A stretch of 64,000 nt of DNA from an uncultured Burkholderiales bacterium (lineage in GTDB: Bacteria > Bacteroidota > Bacteroidia > UBA8524): assembly GCA_964584305.1 (NCBI GenBank), contig CAZOZL010000007.1:11405-75404 (forward strand), read 5' to 3'. A program made the translations under genes and the position numbers. Of the stretch, positions 9,857 to 19,524 are shown in pieces (position 1 is the first letter of the stretch; every line of letters begins with the position of its first letter). A model generated the notes under the pieces. That model was not told the origin of the DNA. It searched no databases and saw nothing but the letters and a program-made list of their open reading frames with translations.

Positions 9857-11173
9857 ATGAAAGCCATTAGATTAATTACACTCGTATTTCTTATAGCATT
9901 TAGTGTAGCCTGTAAAAAAACACAAAAAAACAGCGAAAAACCCATAGGCGGTGCTTTTATTGAAGATTTATATCTTGGTTTAACAAGCGCAATTGTGCGC
10001 GACCAGTTTAGCCCGCCAGTGGCAGCTAGGGTATATGCCTATGCTAATATAGCTGCTTACGAGGCTGGAGTTCCTTTTCATAATGAGTATAAAAGTTTTG
10101 CAGGTAGGTTAACCGATTTAAAACCTTTGCCAAAGCCTGAAAATATTGAAGAGCTGGATGTAAATGTGGCTGTACTATCAGCATTTACTACCGCTGGTTT
10201 AATGCTAACCTTTAAAAATCATTCTTTTCAAAAATTTGAGAAAGAACAATTAGAAAAATATACTAAACTAATAGGTAAAGAAAAAGTTGAAAAATCAGTA
10301 GCCTATGGCAAACAAGTAGGCGAAGCTATACTTGCTTGGACAAAAACAGACAACTATGTAGAAATTAGGAGTGCACCCAAATACAGAGCCAATCAAGACT
10401 CAAGAGAAAGCTGGTTGCCCACATACCCAAACTATGCCGAGGCACTATGCCCTTATTGGAATGATTTGCGCCCAATGGTGTTAGACTCTGCCACTCAATT
10501 TTTAGTAGAACCACCTACACAGTTTGATTCTACCGAAGGCAGTCCATTTTATTTAGAAAATATGGAAGTGCTAAAGGCTTCAAAAGAAGTAGATAGTACA
10601 AAAGAAATGATAGCGTATTTTTGGGATGATAATCCTAGTGTTACAGTACATAAGGGGCATTTGGGATTTAATGAGTTGAAACTAACACCTGGTGGACACT
10701 GGATGGGAATTGCAGCAGCAGCTTGTAGAAGAGAAAATGTTGACCTGATGGAAGGGCTAAAAATACAAGCATTAGCTTCTATTGCTATTTTTGATGGATT
10801 TATAGTTTGCTGGGACGAGAAATTTAGAAGCGATTATATACGCCCTATTACTTATATAAGCAGATATATAGAGAGAGACTGGAAGTCTTTTTTACAAACG
10901 CCTAACTTTCCCGAGTATCCTAGCGGACATAGTGTAGTATCGGGTTCAGCATCAGTAGTATTAGAAGATGCTTTTGGAAAAAACTATGCCTTCACAGATT
11001 CAACTGAAATGGAGTACCTGCACGGCGCACGTTCGTTCAAATCGTTTAGTGCTGCCGCTGATGAGGCTGCCATAAGCAGAATGTATGGAGGAATACATTT
11101 TGTGCCAGCCATTGTAAACGGAATAGAAATGGGGCGTAATGTAGGCGGTCTTATTCTTAAAGAGATTAAATAG
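9857..11173 (+). CDS. Vanadium-dependent haloperoxidase / PAP2-superfamily lipoprotein
   Basis: Lipobox SVAC. Active-site motifs KFRSDYIRP, FPEYPSGHS and SRMYGGIH. Confidence 0.88.
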   Translation: MKAIRLITLVFLIAFSVACKKTQKNSEKPIGGAFIEDLYLGLTSAIVRDQFSPPVAARVYAYANIAAYEAGVPFHNEYKSFAGRLTDLKPLPKPENIEELDVNVAVLSAFTTAGLMLTFKNHSFQKFEKEQLEKYTKLIGKEKVEKSVAYGKQVGEAILAWTKTDNYVEIRSAPKYRANQDSRESWLPTYPNYAEALCPYWNDLRPMVLDSATQFLVEPPTQFDSTEGSPFYLENMEVLKASKEVDSTKEMIAYFWDDNPSVTVHKGHLGFNELKLTPGGHWMGIAAAACRRENVDLMEGLKIQALASIAIFDGFIVCWDEKFRSDYIRPITYISRYIERDWKSFLQTPNFPEYPSGHSVVSGSASVVLEDAFGKNYAFTDSTEMEYLHGARSFKSFSAAADEAAISRMYGGIHFVPAIVNGIEMGRNVGGLILKEIK

Positions 11174-11283
11174 CGATAAGTTTACGCTTGGGATAAAGAG
11201 GTATTCATTTACTGTATAGGATTTTTAGTGTGCTATACAAAATTGATGGCTGATAGTATTTTCGATTTATTTGATAAAGAAAT

Positions 11284-14200
11284 ATGAGAGTTAGTAAAAA
11301 TTATTTAGTAAGTATTTTAGTAGCATCAGGTTTACTGTTTACTCCATCATGTAAAAAGAAAACGAAAGATGATAGCAAAGAGGGGGGACAATCATCACAA
11401 GTTACAAAAGCATTACTCACATATTTAAGTCCCGAAGAAACTGGATTAAACTTTATAAATAAGGTAGATGAGAACGACTCTATAAATGTACTTAATTTCT
11501 TAAACTACTATAATGGAACTGGTGTAGCCATTGGCGATATTGATAACGATGGCTTGCTGGATGTTTTTTTAACAGCAAATACATCAGGGTGTAAACTGTT
11601 TAGAAACAAAGGCAACTTTAAGTTTGAAGACATTACTGAAAAAGCAGGAATATCCACTACGGGGTGGTGTACAGGTGCGGTAATGGGCGATATAAACAAC
11701 GATGGGTTTATGGATATATACCTATGCCGTTCAGGAGCACGGAGTGATTTACCAACGGGTAATCTACTGTTTATTAATAATAAAAACGGAACGTTTACCG
11801 AAAAAGCAACCGAGTATGGAGTAGATGATAAAAACTTAAGCAATGCTTCAGCATTGTTTGATATGGATAATGATGGTGATTTAGATTTATACGTTTTAAA
11901 CTTTCCCAACAGGTTTGATTTGTATTTAGACAATCAATTGATTGACAACTCAAGAGCCGAAGAAAGCTCTACCCATAGAATGTATGAAAACATGGGCAAT
12001 GGCAAGTTTAACGAAATAACAAAACCTGCTGGTATGTTTTGCTTTGGTTTTGGACTTAGCGCAACACCTGGAGATTTTAACAAAGATGGGTTTATGGATT
12101 TGTATGTGTGTAATGATTTTATGACACCAGATTTCCTGTATATAAACAATGGAGATAATACATTCACCAATAAACATCAAGAGTATTTTAAGCATACCAC
12201 ATTCTCGAGCATGGGTTCTGATGTGGCTGATTTTAACAATGATGGCTTAATAGACCTGATGATTGTGGATATGCTACCCGAAGATAATTATAGCCGTAAA
12301 ATGATAGCGGGTTCTGTGAACTGGGATATATTTCAAATGGCAGCCCGTATGGGGTATGGACAGCAGTTTATGCGCAATACTTTGCACCTAAATAATGGAG
12401 AGGGGTATTTTAGTGAAATAGCAGGGCTGGCAGGCGTAGTAGCAACAGACTGGAGTTGGACACCTTTATTTATTGATATTGATAATGATGGAAATAAAGA
12501 TATATTTATTAGCAATGGAGCTTATCGTGATGTTACTAATAATGATTTTATGAACTATAAGTACGATGAATTAAGAAATAAAGACAAAGATAACTTTGAT
12601 AGAAGAAAACTTTTAGATGCCTTGCCTTCTAAAAAAATAATGAGCTATGTATATAAAAACAATGGCGACTTAACTTTTTCAAACAAAACATCAGAATGGG
12701 GTTTAACTCAAAAAAAATATGCTAGTACTGGTGCAGCATATGCTGATTTGGATAACGATGGCGATATGGATATTATAGCTACCAGTATTAATGCTAATGT
12801 ATTGGTATATAGAAATAATACAAGTGAGGTGCTAAAGCATAATTACCTTAAAATTAAACTTAAAGGTACTGAAAGTAATAGCTTTGGCTATGGTACAAAG
12901 GTAACGGTAGAGGCAGGCGGAAAAGAACAATATTTTGAATGTACAGGTATAAGAGGATTTCAATCTAGTAGCGACCCCTACCTTAATATTGGCATAGGCA
13001 AAAGCACAACTATTGATAAAATTACAGTTGTTTGGACTTCAGGTAAAATACAAATTTTGCAAAATGTAAAACCCAATCAAACAATAACTGTAAATGAAAG
13101 TGAAGCGAACGATAAGGTTTTGCCAAATAAAAATAAAGTAGAAAAACCTTTTGAAGATATTACCAGACCAGCCAATTTAAAATTCTTTCATTCAGAAGAT
13201 AAGTTTGTCGATTTTAAACGCGATAGGCTCGTGCCGCATATGCTTTCACGTTTAGGACCGGGTATTGCCGTGGGCGATGTAAACAATGATGGTAAAGATG
13301 ATTTTTTCATAGGTAACGGAGCTGAAAGTGCTGGCGGAACTTTATTTGTACAAGATAATACGGGTACTATAAGAGAAGCGACAGGGCAACCATGGCGTAA
13401 AAATAATAGTGCCGATAATATGGGCTGTTTGTTTTTTGATTTGGAAAACGACGGAGATTTAGACCTTTATATAGCTAACGGTGGAAACCACGATGATTTT
13501 TATCCCAATACCTACCAGCACCATTTATATATTAATGATGGTAATGGTAATTTTAAGCAATCAGCAGAAAGAGTGCCTTTAAACATGAGTGCTTCTGTGG
13601 TAGTAGGTGCTGACTATGATGGTGATGGTGATATTGATTTGTTTGTGGGCGGAAGGTCGCTACCAGGGAAATACCCAAAATCATCGCCCAGCGCATTACT
13701 AATAAACGAGAATGGAAAACTTGTAAATGCTACCCAACAAATTTTACCAGAACTTGAAAATGCAGGTATGGTATGTGCCGCCATTTGGACGGATTGTAAC
13801 GGCGATAATAAAATTGACTTGATTGTTACAGGTGAGTTTATGGAGGTTAAAGTCTTTATAAATCAAAACGGGAAATTAGTAAACAAAACCCGTGATTTTG
13901 GTTTAGCACAAAGTTCAGGGTGGTGGAATAGCATATCTGCGGGCGATTTTGATAACGATGGAGATATGGACTATATAGTAGGAAATAGAGGAATGAATGG
14001 ATACTTTAAAGCAACACCCAGCGAGCCTGTGAGAGTGTATGCTAAAGATTTTGATAACAACGGCACTATCGACCCAATTTTAACCTACTATATTTTGGGG
14101 CAAGAATATACCCATGCCGAACTGAAAGACCTTGCCGCGCATATGCCAACTATACAGCGCAATTATGCTAAATACCACGAATACGCCATTCAAAAACCCG

Positions 14201-14820
14201 ATGAGGTTTTTAAGAAAGAAGACTTACAAAATAGCATAAAACTCGAAGCAAGGTACTTTGCTTCAGTAATGCTGGTAAACAACAACAATAAAAGTTTTAC
14301 TATTAAAGAACTTCCACAAAGGGCGCAATTTGGACCCGTTTACGGTACAAATATTATGGATTATGATAACGATGGTAATTTAGATATAATATTATCAGGC
14401 AACTCACTATCTGTACAAATAGAAATGGGGTACGAAGATGCTTTAAACGGATTGATACTAAAAGGCGATGGGAAGGGTGGTTTTACCTCTCAAATAACTA
14501 CCAAAACAGGATATTATACGCCCTATGATGCTAAATCGGTAGCACGCCTTTCAGGCAATGGATACGAGTTGCTTTTAGTGGGCAATAACTCTAATTATAT
14601 GCAAGCAATTCGCTTGAAAACGCAGGCTAAAACTGTAAAACTAAATAGTGATGAGTATAAACTGGTGATAACACTTGAGAGTGGTAAAAAACAAGTGGTA
14701 GAAAACACTTACGGCGCAGGCTATCTTTCACAAAACTCACGTACGGTAAGGCTTTCGGGTAAAGCTAAAAGTGTTGAAATTTTTAATTTTAAGGGAAAAA
14801 GCCGTACCATAAACTTTTAA
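11284..14820 (+). CDS. FG-GAP/VCBS-repeat lipoprotein with ASPIC/UnbV domain (CRTAC1-like)
   Basis: Lipoprotein signal (TPSC), many D-x-D/N-x-D-G-x-x-D repeats, and an ASPIC/UnbV motif (GTKVTV...RGFQSSSDP...GIG...VVWTSG). Confidence 0.9.
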   Translation: MRVSKNYLVSILVASGLLFTPSCKKKTKDDSKEGGQSSQVTKALLTYLSPEETGLNFINKVDENDSINVLNFLNYYNGTGVAIGDIDNDGLLDVFLTANTSGCKLFRNKGNFKFEDITEKAGISTTGWCTGAVMGDINNDGFMDIYLCRSGARSDLPTGNLLFINNKNGTFTEKATEYGVDDKNLSNASALFDMDNDGDLDLYVLNFPNRFDLYLDNQLIDNSRAEESSTHRMYENMGNGKFNEITKPAGMFCFGFGLSATPGDFNKDGFMDLYVCNDFMTPDFLYINNGDNTFTNKHQEYFKHTTFSSMGSDVADFNNDGLIDLMIVDMLPEDNYSRKMIAGSVNWDIFQMAARMGYGQQFMRNTLHLNNGEGYFSEIAGLAGVVATDWSWTPLFIDIDNDGNKDIFISNGAYRDVTNNDFMNYKYDELRNKDKDNFDRRKLLDALPSKKIMSYVYKNNGDLTFSNKTSEWGLTQKKYASTGAAYADLDNDGDMDIIATSINANVLVYRNNTSEVLKHNYLKIKLKGTESNSFGYGTKVTVEAGGKEQYFECTGIRGFQSSSDPYLNIGIGKSTTIDKITVVWTSGKIQILQNVKPNQTITVNESEANDKVLPNKNKVEKPFEDITRPANLKFFHSEDKFVDFKRDRLVPHMLSRLGPGIAVGDVNNDGKDDFFIGNGAESAGGTLFVQDNTGTIREATGQPWRKNNSADNMGCLFFDLENDGDLDLYIANGGNHDDFYPNTYQHHLYINDGNGNFKQSAERVPLNMSASVVVGADYDGDGDIDLFVGGRSLPGKYPKSSPSALLINENGKLVNATQQILPELENAGMVCAAIWTDCNGDNKIDLIVTGEFMEVKVFINQNGKLVNKTRDFGLAQSSGWWNSISAGDFDNDGDMDYIVGNRGMNGYFKATPSEPVRVYAKDFDNNGTIDPILTYYILGQEYTHAELKDLAAHMPTIQRNYAKYHEYAIQKPDEVFKKEDLQNSIKLEARYFASVMLVNNNNKSFTIKELPQRAQFGPVYGTNIMDYDNDGNLDIILSGNSLSVQIEMGYEDALNGLILKGDGKGGFTSQITTKTGYYTPYDAKSVARLSGNGYELLLVGNNSNYMQAIRLKTQAKTVKLNSDEYKLVITLESGKKQVVENTYGAGYLSQNSRTVRLSGKAKSVEIFNFKGKSRTINF

Positions 14821-14904
14821 AATAAGAAGTTCTTTTCATTGTTTTTTTTTTTAAAGCAACAAAAAAAAGACACACCCACTCTGTTGGGTAAAAAAGTGTA
14901 ACAA

Positions 14905-16062
14905 ATGCGATACGTAGTATATTTAATTTTATTTTGTGTTTCGTTTAATGGGGTTTCGCAAATACAAGTAGGGGCAGAACAAACCCATCAGTATTTATCA
15001 CTAATTAAGGATAAAACGGTTGCGTTGGTGGTAAACCAAACATCAGTAATAAAAGAAACACACTTAGTTGATAGCCTTAAAAGTTTAGGCATAAACATAA
15101 AAGCTATTTTTGCCCCCGAGCATGGTTTTAGAGGCAAGCAAGAAGCAGGCGCACACATAAAAAACGGTATTGATGCTAAAACAAAAATACCGCTACTATC
15201 GCTATATGGCAATAAGAAAAAACCTTCTAAACAAGACCTGAAAGGCATTGATATAGTAATTTTTGATATTCAAGATGTTGGGGCAAGGTTTTACACTTAT
15301 ATATCTACCCTGCACTATATAATGCAGGCGTGTGCCGAAAATAAAATTTCTCTTTTAATATTTGACAGACCTAACCCAAACGGGCATTATGTGGACGGGC
15401 AAGTGCTGGATACTAAGTTTAAAAGTTTTGTAGGGATGCACCCCGTACCCGTAGTACACGGTATGACCATAGCTGAATACGCTAAAATGATTAATGGCGA
15501 GAAATGGCTGCCCAATGGCGTACAGTGTGAGCTAAAAATAGTTAAATGTAAAAAATATAGCCATAAAACTCTTTACTCGCTACCTGTAAAACCCTCGCCC
15601 AACTTGCCTACTATGGCTGCAATATACCTATATCCATCTCTTTGTTTTTTCGAGGGAACGAGTATTAGCGTGGGTAGGGGAACAGATAAACCCTTTGAAG
15701 TAATAGGAAGACCCAATTTTGAAAAAGGCACTTACAAGTTTACCCCACAGGCAATAAAAGGAGTAGCCGAAAACCCAAAGTACAAAGGGCAAAAATGCAA
15801 AGGCATACAGCTTACCGATTTTGGAAACTCGTATATGCCCATACACTCGGCATTGTATTTAACTTGGCTGTTAGATTTTTATAATGAATCGCCCAATAAA
15901 GAGAAGTTTTTTACCCCATTTTTTGATAAACTGGCGGGTACAGACCAACTGCGCAAACAAATTATAGCACAAAAAGCGGTAGTAGAAATACGTAAAAGTT
16001 GGGAACCTGCATTAAGCAATTACAAAAAAATGCGTAAAAAATACTTGCTCTATTTAGAGTAA
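14905..16062 (+). CDS. namZ: Exo-beta-N-acetylmuramidase NamZ / DUF1343
   Basis: FAPEHGFRG, DIQDVGARFYTY, DRPNP and PSPNLP motifs. Confidence 0.9.
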   Translation: MRYVVYLILFCVSFNGVSQIQVGAEQTHQYLSLIKDKTVALVVNQTSVIKETHLVDSLKSLGINIKAIFAPEHGFRGKQEAGAHIKNGIDAKTKIPLLSLYGNKKKPSKQDLKGIDIVIFDIQDVGARFYTYISTLHYIMQACAENKISLLIFDRPNPNGHYVDGQVLDTKFKSFVGMHPVPVVHGMTIAEYAKMINGEKWLPNGVQCELKIVKCKKYSHKTLYSLPVKPSPNLPTMAAIYLYPSLCFFEGTSISVGRGTDKPFEVIGRPNFEKGTYKFTPQAIKGVAENPKYKGQKCKGIQLTDFGNSYMPIHSALYLTWLLDFYNESPNKEKFFTPFFDKLAGTDQLRKQIIAQKAVVEIRKSWEPALSNYKKMRKKYLLYLE

Positions 16063-16103
16063 ACTAAAAACTATTATGTATTGTTTATTATTCAACTTAG
16101 CCC

Positions 16104-16111
16104 TACCTTTG
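16104..16111 (+). promoter_or_regulatory. Bacteroidota -7 promoter element (TACCTTTG) of the rpmB operon
   Basis: TAnnTTTG 27 bp upstream of the rpmB ATG. Confidence 0.6.
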
Positions 16112-16137
16112 CAGTCCTTTTAATAAAAAGAGTAGTA

Positions 16138-16371
16138 ATGGCACGTGTTTGTGATTTAACTGGTAAAAAAACATTAGTGGGCAATAGAGTTTCCCACTCA
16201 AATAGAAAAACTAAACATAGGTTTAGACCTAACCTGCAGGTGAAAAAGTTTTATATACCCGAAACTGATGAATGGATAGTACTTAAAGTATCTACATCAG
16301 CTATGCGTACTATAAACAAAAATGGTATTTCAGCTTGCTTGAAAAAATTTATTAACGAAGGTAAAATATAA
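16138..16371 (+). CDS. rpmB: 50S ribosomal protein L28
   Basis: MARVCDLTGKK...GNRVSHSNRKTKHRFRPNL. The start is reassigned to the ATG at 16138. Confidence 0.97.
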   Translation: MARVCDLTGKKTLVGNRVSHSNRKTKHRFRPNLQVKKFYIPETDEWIVLKVSTSAMRTINKNGISACLKKFINEGKI

Positions 16372-16388
16372 TTTAGAAGCAAAAAGCA

Positions 16389-16571
16389 ATGGCTAGAAAA
16401 GGAAACCGCATACAAGTAATAATGGAGTGTACTGAGCATAAAGAAAGCGGTATGCCAGGTACATCTAGGTATATAACTACCAAAAATAAAAAGAATACTA
16501 CTGAGAGATTGGAGTTAAAAAAATATAACCCCATTCTTAAAAAGTATACCGTTCATAAAGAAATTAAGTAA
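16389..16571 (+). CDS. rpmG: 50S ribosomal protein L33
   Basis: [18 protein letters not shown]...[20 protein letters not shown]. Confidence 0.97.
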   Translation: MARKGNRIQVIMECTEHKESGMPGTSRYITTKNKKNTTERLELKKYNPILKKYTVHKEIK

Positions 16572-16595
16572 TAACCCTAAAACAAATAAAGAGTT

Positions 16596-16751
16596 ATGGC
16601 AAAGAAAGTTGTAGCAACACTAAAACAAGCTGGTTCGGGTAAAGAGTGGACTAAAGTAATAAAAACAGTTCGTTCTCCTAAAACTGGTGCATATACATTT
16701 AAAGAAGAGATGATTCCTTCAGAAAAAGTGAAGGAATATTTTAAATCTTAA
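16596..16751 (+). CDS. DUF4295 small protein
   Basis: Not in the ORF track. 51 aa, MAKKVVATLKQAGSGKEWTKVIKTVRSPKTGAYTFKEEMIP..., in its usual position between rpmG and ftsY. Confidence 0.9.
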   Translation: MAKKVVATLKQAGSGKEWTKVIKTVRSPKTGAYTFKEEMIPSEKVKEYFKS

Positions 16752-16777
16752 TTTAAGTAGCATTGGAGAAATTTTTT

Positions 16778-16810
16778 AAGGCTTCCTAAACTTATTAGGA
16801 GGCTTTTTTT
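16778..16810 (+). terminator. Intrinsic terminator
   Basis: AAGGCTTCCTAA/TTAGGAGGCTT stem followed by a T-run. Confidence 0.7.
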
Positions 16811-16828
16811 ATTTGATAATATAAATCA

Positions 16829-17776
16829 ATGGGCATATTTAGCTTTTTCAGTAAAGATAAGAAACAGAAGCTGGATAAAGGTTTAGAAAAAACCAAAAGC
16901 GGCTTATTAGGTAAAATTAGCAAAGCACTGGTTGGGCGTTCAACCATTAGCGAGGAGTTTTTAGATGAGCTTGAGGAGATACTTGTATCATCAGATGTGG
17001 GTATAGAAACTACCTTAAAAATTATAGAGCGTATTGAGAAACGAGTTTCTAAAGATAAATACGTAAATGCCTCAGAGCTTAATACAATGCTGAAAGAGGA
17101 AATGGCTGACCTTTTACCAGAAGATAATAATACTACTGGCGAGTTGCAAATTCCAGAGGGTACAAAACCCTATATAATATTAGTTGTTGGAGTAAATGGG
17201 GTGGGTAAAACTACCACCATAGGCAAACTTGCCCACCAATTTAAAAAACAAGGCAAAAAAGTACTTTTAGGAGCAGGTGATACTTTTAGGGCCGCCGCTG
17301 TTGACCAGCTAAAAATATGGGCTAAAAGAGTAGGCGTTGATATAGTAGAGAAAGGCATGAATGCCGACCCTGCAAGCGTAGCCTTTGAAACCGCCAAAGC
17401 CGCCGCCGAAGGTGGATATGATGTAGCAATAATAGATACCGCAGGGCGTTTGCATAACAAAGTGAACTTGATGAATGAGTTATCCAAAATTCGTCGTGTG
17501 GTGCAAAAACATATACCTGATGCGCCCCACGAAGTAGTATTGATACTTGATGCCAGTACAGGGCAAAATGCCTTTGAGCAAGCCCGCCAGTTTACCGCAG
17601 TAACAGAAGTAAACGCGCTGGCACTTACAAAATTAGACGGTACAGCAAAAGGGGGGGTAGTTATTGGCATATCTGACCAGTTTTCAGTACCAGTAAAGTA
17701 CATAGGAGTTGGCGAGACGATGGAAGACCTACAAGTATTTAACAAACACGAGTTTATAGACTCTTTGTTTAGTTAA
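16829..17776 (+). CDS. ftsY: Signal recognition particle receptor FtsY
   Basis: GVNGVGKTTT, DTFRAAA, DTAGR and TKLDGTAKGG. Confidence 0.98.
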   Translation: MGIFSFFSKDKKQKLDKGLEKTKSGLLGKISKALVGRSTISEEFLDELEEILVSSDVGIETTLKIIERIEKRVSKDKYVNASELNTMLKEEMADLLPEDNNTTGELQIPEGTKPYIILVVGVNGVGKTTTIGKLAHQFKKQGKKVLLGAGDTFRAAAVDQLKIWAKRVGVDIVEKGMNADPASVAFETAKAAAEGGYDVAIIDTAGRLHNKVNLMNELSKIRRVVQKHIPDAPHEVVLILDASTGQNAFEQARQFTAVTEVNALALTKLDGTAKGGVVIGISDQFSVPVKYIGVGETMEDLQVFNKHEFIDSLFS

Positions 17777-17781
17777 CTGAT

Positions 17782-17792
17782 TTCGTCGAAAA
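17782..17792 (+). promoter_or_regulatory. Candidate operator TTCGTCGAAAA upstream of the low-GC island
   Basis: Same core and same gene-relative orientation as the motifs at 1477 and 4281. Confidence 0.4.
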
Positions 17793-17868
17793 AGATTTTT
17801 TTGATAGTAATTGGATAATATCTTTAATATATATATATGTTTGTATATAAGAAATTATTGTTCCTGTC

Positions 17869-18300
17869 ATGTTCTATAAAAATTTAATATTATTATTCTT
17901 TTTTACGTTAAACTTTAATGTTGAAGCTCAAATTCCTGGCACTTGGAATTCTTCACCTCAAACTACAACTTCTAACGCTATTGGTATAGGAACAATTATG
18001 CCAGTGGGGTGGCAAGAAATTGAAATGAAATCAACAACACCTTGGTCTGATTATGTCTTTGATAGTACATATGTCTCTGCATTGCAACCCATTGAGCAAT
18101 TAAGAGATAGTGTTTTCAAGAATAAAAGATTAAGTAATATGCCAAGTGCCATAGAGGTAGAGAATAATGGAGTAAAGCAAATGGAGTTTAATGTAAAATT
18201 TTTAGAAAATGTAGAACAATTGTACCTTTATGTAATAAAACTTAATGAGGAGATAAAATACCTTAAAGCAAAGTTGGGAGACGTTGAGAAAAATGATTGA
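17869..18300 (+). CDS. Secreted protein of the GIGT...WxDYVF coiled-coil (tail-fibre chaperone-like) family, apparently shortened internally
   Basis: Signal peptide, one IGIGT repeat, then WSDYVF...PSAIEVENNG...LENVEQLYLYVIKL coiled coil. Confidence 0.6.
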   Translation: MFYKNLILLFFFTLNFNVEAQIPGTWNSSPQTTTSNAIGIGTIMPVGWQEIEMKSTTPWSDYVFDSTYVSALQPIEQLRDSVFKNKRLSNMPSAIEVENNGVKQMEFNVKFLENVEQLYLYVIKLNEEIKYLKAKLGDVEKND

Positions 18301-18812
18301 AAAAAGTGTAAAAAAATTCGGTGTTGCATTAGGACTGAATGGGGTAACAAATTTTTCTAATACAATAAACTACGTATATGTAAATCCTTTAATAAATGTC
18401 GTTTATAAAAATAAAAAAAATATTTTTTCATCGGGTATTTTAATTCCTGTAATGCCTGTTAATAATTATAAATATTGGTTTAGTTTTAATTATTTACGGA
18501 CTAAATATTGGACAGGAAACAAAACTATTTTGTATGGAGCTAATGTGGATTTTAGTAGATTTTCATATAGATATCACTCTATATCAAATTTTGTTTCGGT
18601 TAACTCTTATTACAAAAAATTTAGTAGTGAAGCCCTAATTCAAATAGGTTTTTTATATAAACTTCATAAAAATACTTCAATAATGGTGAATTTGGGATTA
18701 GGAGTAAATATTGCTTTTAATAATGACCCCCCCTCCCCCCGAAATAAACTCTGCTACTATTTTTGAGCCAATGATAAAAATGAAATTAAATATTATCAAT
18801 CTATTTTACTAA
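18284..18812 (+). pseudogene. Outer-membrane barrel-like protein frameshifted in a C7-T-C6 tract
   Basis: The ORF stops at 18766. The +1 frame after the poly-C reads EINSATIFEPMIKMKLNIINLFY* to 18812, 6 bp before the next ATG. No clear signal peptide. Confidence 0.45.
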
Positions 18813-18818
18813 ATAATT

Positions 18819-19265
18819 ATGAAAAATTTTAATATTATAGTAATATGTTTCATTTTAAATATTTTATCAAATACTACTTTTTCACAAAACCTTATACAAA
18901 ATGGGAAGTTTGAAAATGGTACAAGGCTTATTAATGAGTGTTTTTCTTTACCCAACCCAGATGCATTTAATGGAATTAATTACTGGGAAATGGCTCAAAG
19001 ATATCCAGTTTGTAATTTTAGTACAAATGGTTCAACGGTAAATCAATGCAGAACACCTGATTGGATTAAAGCAGATTTATGCCGCAATAACAATGGGTTT
19101 CAAGCAAACACTATATTACCACCTTCTACACCAAACACTGAGATGTGTATAGTTACTCACAACTTTACTTTCAAGAACAACTTTACTTTCAAGATAGGTG
19201 GATACCCAAAAACAATTTTGATAACAGGCAGTTTGATATTACTGGGTATTCAGTATGGGCAGTAA
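18819..19265 (+). pseudogene. N-terminal fragment of a secreted (T9SS-substrate-like) protein
   Basis: Signal peptide plus QNLIQNGKFE...W...TPDW, a typical start of large secreted Bacteroidota proteins. The sequence loses sense after the 18-bp duplication. Confidence 0.5.
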
Positions 19266-19438
19266 ATGCCCATGTAGAGGCGGGATATATAGTACCTATT
19301 TTCAGATATAATATTACGTGGAAAGCAGCATTTGAATATGCACTTACAGATTATATAAAAAGTCAATACCCCTTAAACCTGTATCCATATACGTTTAGCA
19401 TTGGTGTTTCATTACCTCTATTTGTTAGTAAAAATTAA
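19145..19438 (+). pseudogene. C-terminal fragment of an outer-membrane beta-barrel protein
   Basis: Strands VNAHVEAGYIVP, WKAAFEYAL and YTFSIGVSLPLF. No signal peptide; overlaps the previous fragment in another frame. Confidence 0.45.
19160..19194. repeat. 18-bp tandem duplication CAACTTTACTTTCAAGA(A)
   Basis: Two adjacent copies, directly visible. Confidence 0.9.
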
Positions 19439-19524
19439 CAGTAAAAGTAAGTTCATATCAATAACTATATGCTAAAACTAATTTGAAGGTTGAGAGTTAA
19501 TTTTCTCTACTTTTGTGTGCTTAA

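Noticed and set aside
16081-16137. N-terminal extension of L28 in the ORF track (similar extensions at 34377 and 61247)
   Set aside because: The extensions cover promoter or UTR sequence. Downstream ATGs give the expected protein starts.
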